This document shows positions 18,755-24,000 of a stretch of DNA of 24,000 bases, piece after piece. The notes beneath the pieces are model-generated. The model was not told where the DNA came from and ran no database searches. It saw only the letters and a program-made list of their open reading frames with translations. Within the stretch, counting starts at the first letter, position 1, and each line of letters begins with the position of its first letter. A program made the translations under genes and the position numbers. Origin of the DNA: Candidatus Heimdallarchaeota archaeon (lineage in GTDB: Archaea > Asgardarchaeota > Heimdallarchaeia > Heimdallarchaeales > Heimdallarchaeaceae); assembly GCA_019057815.1 (NCBI GenBank), contig JAHLWR010000002.1, forward strand, positions 158,762 to 182,761, read 5' to 3'.

Positions 18755-19906
18755 TTACCACTTCACCTCCTCTAGAGCGAAGAGCGTGCGACAGTAAAAC
18801 AAATAACTGTGGTGATAAACCTGATGTTGCTCCAAAGGACAGGGAGCAAAACGGTTACAGTTCCACACTGCAAGGGGAATAAGGGTGAGGAGGAGGTAAT
18901 GGAGTAAGGTATGCAAGATTAGTGCACTCCACAGGAGCTGGAAACGCACACAAGCGTTATGAGAACATGTTCGGAGGAGGAGAGGACGCATATCGCGGAA
19001 AGCATTCTCTATACGGAAGCGACGTTTATACCACTGAACGATCCTGTAAGCACTGTAATGTGCGAGAGAAGTAACCCAAGGGTTGGCACCATCTCGACTA
19101 TAATAGACCACTCCACGTGTTGTAATATGGCGACGACCAAGGGATTTTCCCGACAGGATACGATGATGGAAAGTATACCCATCTCCCTCCTTGCCTTGTT
19201 GTTCTAATGCCAAACAGCTTTTCTTTAGTCCTCCTGCATAATAACCTCTAATAATATAGTCCCACCCATAAGTGTGTAAAGTGTTGAGTAGACCAATATG
19301 GTAATATTTACCATCACCAAGGAAAACTATCTTTTGTCCAGTTAGAAACCATTGTTGGAGTTCTTGAACAAGAAGGATAGCTGTCTTTGCTTCTGACTCT
19401 TTCATGGGACTCAACGCCACCAACAGTGGTCTTCCAGGATGGACAATATAGAGTGTTATAACTCTCGTAAACGTTGTTGTTGACTGCTTTCTTCTCCCCC
19501 CACAGATCCAATCCATTTTTTTACCATAATAAGGTTCGTCATGGGCATCGACAGCTAAGAAAATGGTTTTCTTCCTGTACCTTCTTTGGATGCAGTAGAA
19601 TTTCTTACTTAAGAACACATTCACTTCTTGTCGTATAGCTTCTGGCTCTCCCCTTTTTAACCTTCTAATCATCGTTTGACTCGTTGGGGTCTGCATGTAT
19701 GTCTTTCTTCTTACCCCTTCGTCCTCTAATGAATTCCCAGGACTAATCATTGCTTGTATAAGGAATTTTTTAATCTCCTCTGAAGTATATTTGTCTTTCT
19801 GTTTTTCCTCACTTGCTATTGGCAGTTGTCGAACGATGTGCTCACTCAAAAGTTTATAAAAGCTTTTACCATATTTTCTATAGAGGTGTGGGTTTGTTTT
19901 TGTCAT
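18755..19906 (-). CDS. DDE transposase, IS4 superfamily (ISH3-like)
   Basis: 383 aa. Candidate D (IFLAVDAHDEP), D (VFLGDGKYY), and E inside a Y-2-R-3-E-6-(K/R) signature (YKRRFRIENAFRDMR), which is characteristic of IS4-type transposases. Confidence 0.85.
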   Translation of the reverse strand: MTKTNPHLYRKYGKSFYKLLSEHIVRQLPIASEEKQKDKYTSEEIKKFLIQAMISPGNSLEDEGVRRKTYMQTPTSQTMIRRLKRGEPEAIRQEVNVFLSKKFYCIQRRYRKKTIFLAVDAHDEPYYGKKMDWICGGRRKQSTTTFTRVITLYIVHPGRPLLVALSPMKESEAKTAILLVQELQQWFLTGQKIVFLGDGKYYHIGLLNTLHTYGWDYIIRGYYAGGLKKSCLALEQQGKEGDGYTFHHRILSGKSLGRRHITTRGVVYYSRDGANPWVTSLAHYSAYRIVQWYKRRFRIENAFRDMRPLLLRTCSHNACVRFQLLWSALILHTLLHYLLLTLIPLAVWNCNRFAPCPLEQHQVYHHSYLFYCRTLFALEEVKW

Positions 19907-19959
19907 AATTACAAGCCATATACACCTCTATTTTCTCTTTGTATTACCGACAAAAAAGG

Positions 19960-19977
19960 TGTTCAAGTACTGGTACA
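19960..19977. repeat. IS right terminal inverted repeat
   Basis: tgttcaagtactggtaca is the exact reverse complement of 18727-18744. Confidence 0.85.
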
Positions 19978-20000
19978 AAAAATGTGCATTACAATTAGTA

Positions 20001-20390
20001 TTATGACAATAAACGTTCAACTTCTTGTGAAGCACGTGCCATATCTAAAAAGACTAAACCAAGTTTTGCTTCTTTTCTCGCTGACACAGTAAGTACAGCA
20101 TTTGCTCCTGCAGAGATAGTAATAATGTAACCATAAGCTCCTTCTATGAAAATCTTTTCTAGTTCTCCTCGTTGCATTTCTTGAGCTACTCTTTCACCAA
20201 GTGACAACATTGCTGCAGTCATAGCTGCAAGACGAGCTTCTTCAATCTCTTGAGGGAGTACAGAAGCAATGGGGAGGCCTTCAATTGATACAATTGCAGC
20301 GCTGTCTATCTCTGGAACTTTTATTTTTAAATCCGCTAGAGCAGTTTTTAATTCTGTTGTTTTGTCTTCGAATGTTATACCAAAAGCCAT
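20001..20390 (-). CDS. Roadblock/LC7 (MglB-like) domain protein, no adjacent GTPase
   Basis: 129 aa. VPEIDSAAIVSIEGLPIASVLP ... AAMTAAMLSLGERVA ... IFIEGAYGYIITISAGANAVLTVSA..AKLGLVFLDM is the canonical Roadblock pattern. Confidence 0.87.
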   Translation of the reverse strand: MAFGITFEDKTTELKTALADLKIKVPEIDSAAIVSIEGLPIASVLPQEIEEARLAAMTAAMLSLGERVAQEMQRGELEKIFIEGAYGYIITISAGANAVLTVSARKEAKLGLVFLDMARASQEVERLLS

Positions 20391-20679
20391 TTTGCACTAC
20401 CCATTATTATATTGGTCAGAGAGGATTTATAAATTCCGCTATTTCGTAAGTATTTTCTCTTTCACATTATTAAACCTATTCAGACGGGCAAGAGGAATTC
20501 TTTACATAGGTTCTTTTTTCTCTTTATCCTTTACGATATGTAATAGAGTTTTCACATTATAAACATAATAACATACATTTAATCTCTATTAGATCAAAAG
20601 CAAAATCTAACTTTAGATTTGTTAACCCCGCAATAATTTATGTAATGACATGCGTGTTGATTTAAGACGAATGTATAAA

Positions 20680-20695
20680 TAGATGTATACATCTA
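20680..20695. promoter_or_regulatory. Perfect 16-bp palindrome abutting a TATA-like box
   Basis: tagatgtatacatcta is preceded by gtataaata (20673-20681). It overlaps the first ATG (20683) of the downstream ORF. The next in-frame ATG is at 20710. Confidence 0.35.
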
Positions 20696-21171
20696 CCTTC
20701 TTGAAGTCGATGTCTCAACGGGTCCTAAAAATTTTAAGACGACATGAAAAAAGTATAGGATGCGTTTTTACGGGAGATTTAATGACTTCTATAAATCCTT
20801 TGAAGATTGAACAACTATTAGATCAGATTCAGCAAATTGGAAGCATAAGGAAGAATATCATTATTTTTAATCAACAATTATCTTCTGAAACTCATGTCAT
20901 GTTTATAAGTAAAGGTATATCCCCAATTATTGTTCCTTCCAATAGTGACATCCATCTTACTTTAGAGGTTTTAGATATATTGAATTCTCAGCAAATGGAT
21001 GTTATATGTATAGGAATAACTGATGATTCTTTACTTCCTGTAGTAATTGCAGCTCGAGAGAAAGTTGAGGTAGTATTAGTATGTCCTTCAAAAGAAGAAG
21101 CCAAAAATTACACGCCATATATCGATTACCTAATAACTATTAAGGATTTATCAGATAATAATAATAAATGA
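20683..21171 (+). CDS. Hypothetical protein, possibly NYN/LabA-like (DUF88) domain
   Basis: GCVFTGD ... DIHLTLEVLDIL..QQMDVICIGITDDSLLPVVIAAREKVEVVLV loosely follows the NYN/LabA pattern with degenerate acidic residues. The real start may be ATG 20710 (MSQRVLK). Confidence 0.4.
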   Translation: MYTSTFLKSMSQRVLKILRRHEKSIGCVFTGDLMTSINPLKIEQLLDQIQQIGSIRKNIIIFNQQLSSETHVMFISKGISPIIVPSNSDIHLTLEVLDILNSQQMDVICIGITDDSLLPVVIAAREKVEVVLVCPSKEEAKNYTPYIDYLITIKDLSDNNNK

Positions 21172-21281
21172 GGACACAAAAAATACCCTTCCAAAAAAAA
21201 CAATCTTCCAATTGCTTAAAAATAGCAAAGAAAATATTGATTAAGAATTGCCAGAACAGCCTAGTTACAAAATACTAGTAA

Positions 21282-22070
21282 TTGACAATGGTGACTTCAA
21301 TGCACTGGTTAATCCCGAAATTTATCTATAAGATTTATGAAAAGAAATTAAGATCAGAAATAAAAGAAGGCAATGTTCCAAAACATATAGGTATTATATT
21401 AGACGGCAACCGTCGAGCAAGCAGAAAGTTAGGTATAGTTTACGAATTAGGTTATGAGTTGGGAGCTGAGAAGCTTGAAGCAGTTCTAGATTGGATATGG
21501 GATCTTGGTGTGAAAGTTGTTTCATGCTGGATTTTTTCTACAGACAATTTTTCCAGAGATAAAAAGCAAGTTGACATAATTATGAATCTTGCAAAAAATA
21601 AACTGATTCAAATTAGAGAAGACCCTCGAATTCACAAGAACAAGGTGAGCATTAAAGTTTTAGGAAGACTTTCAATGTTGCCAAAAGAGATTCAAGAAGA
21701 GATAAAATTAACAGAAAGAGCCACAAAAGAGTATACTAATTACAGATTAAATATATGCATGGCTTACGGAGGGAGAGCGGAAATAGTGGATGCTCTGAAA
21801 AGAATCATTTATGAATCAAAAGAGGGAAATCTTAGTGATGAAGAAATAAATGAGGAGTTAATAACCAAATATCTTTACACAAATGGATTACCCGATCCTG
21901 AATTAATTATTCGAACTTCCGGCGAAGAAAGATTATCTGGTTTTCTGCTTTGGCAATCAGCATATTCTGAATATTATTTTGCTGAGGTTAACTGGCCTTT
22001 GTTTAGAAAAATAGACCTTTGGAGAGCCATAAGAACGTATCAAAGAAGACAAAGGCGATTTGGTGCGTAG
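21282..22070 (+). CDS. uppS: cis-Prenyltransferase (undecaprenyl/di-trans,poly-cis-polyprenyl diphosphate synthase)
   Basis: HIGIILDGNRRASRK, WIFSTDNF.R, and RTSGEERLSGFLLWQSAYSEYYF. The track start is TTG 21282; an ATG at 21288 is equally possible. Confidence 0.92.
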   Translation: MTMVTSMHWLIPKFIYKIYEKKLRSEIKEGNVPKHIGIILDGNRRASRKLGIVYELGYELGAEKLEAVLDWIWDLGVKVVSCWIFSTDNFSRDKKQVDIIMNLAKNKLIQIREDPRIHKNKVSIKVLGRLSMLPKEIQEEIKLTERATKEYTNYRLNICMAYGGRAEIVDALKRIIYESKEGNLSDEEINEELITKYLYTNGLPDPELIIRTSGEERLSGFLLWQSAYSEYYFAEVNWPLFRKIDLWRAIRTYQRRQRRFGA

Positions 22071-22082
22071 TTTTGAATTTGT

Positions 22083-22871
22083 TCATTCATAAAAATCATC
22101 TTTTTCTCCAAATTCTCTTTCAATTGTACCAACAAGGGTATCAATATTAAATCCACTTTGAGAACTGATAGGGAACAAATCACCTGTTACTTTAAACTGA
22201 TTTAACAAATCAACAATACTTAGACTAAGCTGTTGAGTGAGAGAAATATTTTGGGTTTGCCTTATGTCAGCAATAAGAGTTGAAGGTTCTTCAATCCACC
22301 TTTCAAGTCTCTCCAATTGTTGTTTTTCGATAAGGTCTTCCTTTGAAATTGCTACTATTTGTGGAAGTGAAAGTTGGAAAGCAATAGAAACACTAAGAAG
22401 TAATAGACTTGAGAATCCTTCAGGACGCATTATAAGTGAAGGATCGATTAGGAATACAGACACAGATTGACTTTCTTCGGCTATAATAGAAGAAACTAGA
22501 CGACCACTACTTCGATATGCAAAAAGTTCTATCTGCCCTGGAGTATCAATAAGTAAGTATTCTGGTTTTAGATAGTCGATTTCAGATTTAACCTTGTCAA
22601 TTTTTGTTGCAATAAGATCCATACTGGCTATCATAGCCCCATTTGGTCCAAGTTGATATTTTTCAATTAATTCATCAATATCGATGATATCTCTTACATC
22701 GATATCTGGATTATACGGTAATCTACGTACTCCTGCATCTAAGTTTAGAGTCGCAACATCTAGACGTTTATCATCGAACCAGTCATATAAAGTTCTAGTG
22801 AGAAATGTTTTACCACTTCCTGCTGTTCCAAGCATAAAAATTGTATAATATCTTTGAGCCATTTTTCTCAT
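22083..22871 (-). CDS. GPN-loop GTPase
   Basis: Walker A GTAGSGKTF, GPN motif LGPNGA, and DTPGQIELF. Its start overlaps the upstream stop (ATGA). Confidence 0.92.
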   Translation of the reverse strand: MRKMAQRYYTIFMLGTAGSGKTFLTRTLYDWFDDKRLDVATLNLDAGVRRLPYNPDIDVRDIIDIDELIEKYQLGPNGAMIASMDLIATKIDKVKSEIDYLKPEYLLIDTPGQIELFAYRSSGRLVSSIIAEESQSVSVFLIDPSLIMRPEGFSSLLLLSVSIAFQLSLPQIVAISKEDLIEKQQLERLERWIEEPSTLIADIRQTQNISLTQQLSLSIVDLLNQFKVTGDLFPISSQSGFNIDTLVGTIEREFGEKDDFYE

Positions 22872-23662
22872 TCTCGAATATTTTCAATTTCAACTGATTC
22901 TATATTACTCACAAACAGTTGTTCTAGCATTTTTCTGGCTTTATGTATATGCTTTTTAGCTTCATCTCCAAAGCCTGATAAGTGAAATACTATTCCTTTT
23001 GATTCTTTATGTACTGGATGAGATTTTATATACAAGAAAGGAAATTTTCCTTTTATTTGGTTGATAAAAGGAGCAAGTTGACTTTCAAAACAGTTTAGAA
23101 CACGAAACTTTACCTCGTATAGTTTGTCATACCCTTTTGAAGACAAGAAAGGGATTATGTGTCTAGTAAATATATCTTTCATTTCGCTTGGAACACCAGG
23201 CAAGCAAAAGATATCGATATTTTCATATTGGATTAGACATCCAGGTGCGCCTCCAACCTTGTTATCAAGAACTTTTGAGTTTATAGGCATATTAGCCATC
23301 TTTCTTCTCTCCTTAGTCAACTCTAAACCTTTTGCTTTATAATATTCCCTGACTTGTTCTAAAGCTTCTTGATTTTCATCAATTTCAATATTGGTAGCTT
23401 TCGATATTACAGCAAGTTGTATGTCATCATAAGTGGGTCCTAAACCACCAGAAACTATAACAACATTGGGCTTTCTTTCAAATAATTCAAGAAATAATTC
23501 CACTGCTAATTCTAAATCATCTCTAATACATGTAATTCTTCTTACTTCAAACCCCATTTTAGTTAATTGGTTTCCAATAAATGTTGCATTTGTGTTAACA
23601 GTAGCACCAATTAATAGTTCAGTGCCTAAACAGACTATTTCACAAATTTGGGGAGGCAGAAT
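22868..23662 (-). CDS. CinA-like / MoCF-biosynthesis (MoaB/MogA-fold) domain protein (COG1058-like); 5' end extended beyond the track ORF
   Basis: The track ORF (to 23557) starts at MGFEV. The in-frame upstream sequence (no stop until 23666-23668) reads NILPPQICEIVCLGTELLIGATVNTNATFIGNQLTK, which is the conserved CinA N-terminus. VVIVSGGLGPTYDD follows. There is no ATG/GTG/TTG in that extension. GGTGA SD at 23666-23670. The start coordinate is uncertain (ATT 23662 or CTG 23659). Confidence 0.8.
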   Translation of the reverse strand: MLPPQICEIVCLGTELLIGATVNTNATFIGNQLTKMGFEVRRITCIRDDLELAVELFLELFERKPNVVIVSGGLGPTYDDIQLAVISKATNIEIDENQEALEQVREYYKAKGLELTKERRKMANMPINSKVLDNKVGGAPGCLIQYENIDIFCLPGVPSEMKDIFTRHIIPFLSSKGYDKLYEVKFRVLNCFESQLAPFINQIKGKFPFLYIKSHPVHKESKGIVFHLSGFGDEAKKHIHKARKMLEQLFVSNIESVEIENIRE

Positions 23663-23676
23663 ATTTCACCTATAAA

Positions 23677-24000
23677 TTACTTTTCTCTATATACGCCCAT
23701 TTTACTAATATTGATAAGAAGTTCTTTATATTGTACATTCAATTTAGGGCTAGCTTTTTCTAAGAAATCAATTGACATTTTAAAAAGCTCTTCTGCCTTC
23801 TTTTTAGCATAGTCCACAGCTCCTGTTTCTTTCATTATTAGACACACTTGCTCTATTTCCTCCTGGGTTGCACTACTATTGCCTACAATCTTAGAGAGCA
23901 TTTTCTTTTGTTCCTCTGTGGAATTCTCTATCGTTTTAATTAGTAAAATAGTTTTTTTTCCTTCCTTAATATCGCTATCTACAGGCTTACCTGTTTTCGC
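23677..24000 (-). CDS. Polyprenyl diphosphate synthase (GGPP synthase-type), C-terminal part; gene runs off the right window edge
   Basis: The reading frame is open from 24000: AKTGKPVDSDIKEGKKTILLIKTIENSTEEQKKMLSKIVG.... The GK..GsDi.eGK.T motif follows the second DDxxD box of trans-prenyltransferases. The track shows only the last 74 aa. Confidence 0.8.
   Translation of the reverse strand, partial: AKTGKPVDSDIKEGKKTILLIKTIENSTEEQKKMLSKIVGNSSATQEEIEQVCLIMKETGAVDYAKKKAEELFKMSIDFLEKASPKLNVQYKELLINISKMGVYREK

Larger units (their letters stand above)
18727..19977 (-). mobile_element. Complete insertion sequence, IS4/ISH3-like, 1251 bp
   Basis: Perfect 18-bp terminal inverted repeats bracket a single DDE transposase ORF. 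G+C is visibly higher than the flanks: 26/60 in line 18781-18840 versus 17/60 in line 16861-16920, by hand count. Confidence 0.85.

Noticed and set aside
18721-19983. Target-site duplication for the IS, and a possible extension of the IRs into the flanking T/A runs
   Set aside because: The flanks are ttttta and aaaaat. They are not direct repeats of each other, and extending the IR adds mismatches. No TSD can be called from this single copy.
18959-20092. Plus-strand ORFs 18959-19207 and 19826-20092, and the nested minus-strand out-of-frame ORF 19314-19511, within or across the IS
   Set aside because: They are antisense or out of frame relative to the transposase. ORF 19826-20092 runs across the IS terminus into the antisense of the Roadblock gene, so it cannot be an ancestral gene.
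20269-20562. 97-aa plus-strand ORF spanning the Roadblock gene's 5' end and the intergenic region
   Set aside because: The first half is antisense to the Roadblock CDS. The remainder is low-complexity F/L/S-rich translation of AT-rich intergenic DNA.
20461-20565. Near-identical direct repeat ttcacattat(t)aaac at about 20461 and about 20550 in the 292-bp divergent intergenic region
   Set aside because: There are only two copies of a 14-15 nt A/T-rich word with an indel, which is within chance expectation for ~30% G+C DNA. It may still be a promoter element, but I cannot support that.

Overview
AT-rich archaeal chromosomal segment. Hand counts of single 60-nt lines give about 28% G+C. It is densely coding, with about 28 genes, mostly on the minus strand. 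Housekeeping genes I recognise from motifs: CDC48/VCP AAA+ ATPase, FEN1 flap endonuclease, protein-L-isoaspartate methyltransferase, Trm5/Taw2-type and Trm11-like methyltransferases, an M20 dipeptidase, an SDR, a NapH-like polyferredoxin, cis-prenyltransferase UppS, a GPN-loop GTPase, a CinA-like protein, the 3' end of a polyprenyl (GGPP-type) synthase, and an intron-containing tRNA-Lys(CUU). The unusual part is the density of small-GTPase signalling parts. (i) A eukaryote-type Rab/Ras-like GTPase is translationally coupled to an uncharacterised 284-aa protein with a longin-like N-terminus. (ii) A Roadblock/LC7 (MglB-like) gene is followed by an MglA-type GTPase. (iii) A 308-aa protein looks like two fused longin/roadblock modules. 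(iv) There is a second, orphan Roadblock gene. This content, plus the low G+C, suggests an Asgard (Loki-like) archaeon; that is inference only. One complete IS element (1251 bp, perfect 18-bp inverted repeats, IS4/ISH3-like DDE transposase) is clearly more GC-rich than its surroundings. It sits 23 bp downstream of the orphan Roadblock gene. Two long coiled-coil proteins and a glycosylation-sequon-rich beta-helix surface protein have no assignable function. No rRNA or CRISPR array was seen. Two start-codon problems are flagged, in CinA-like and FEN1.
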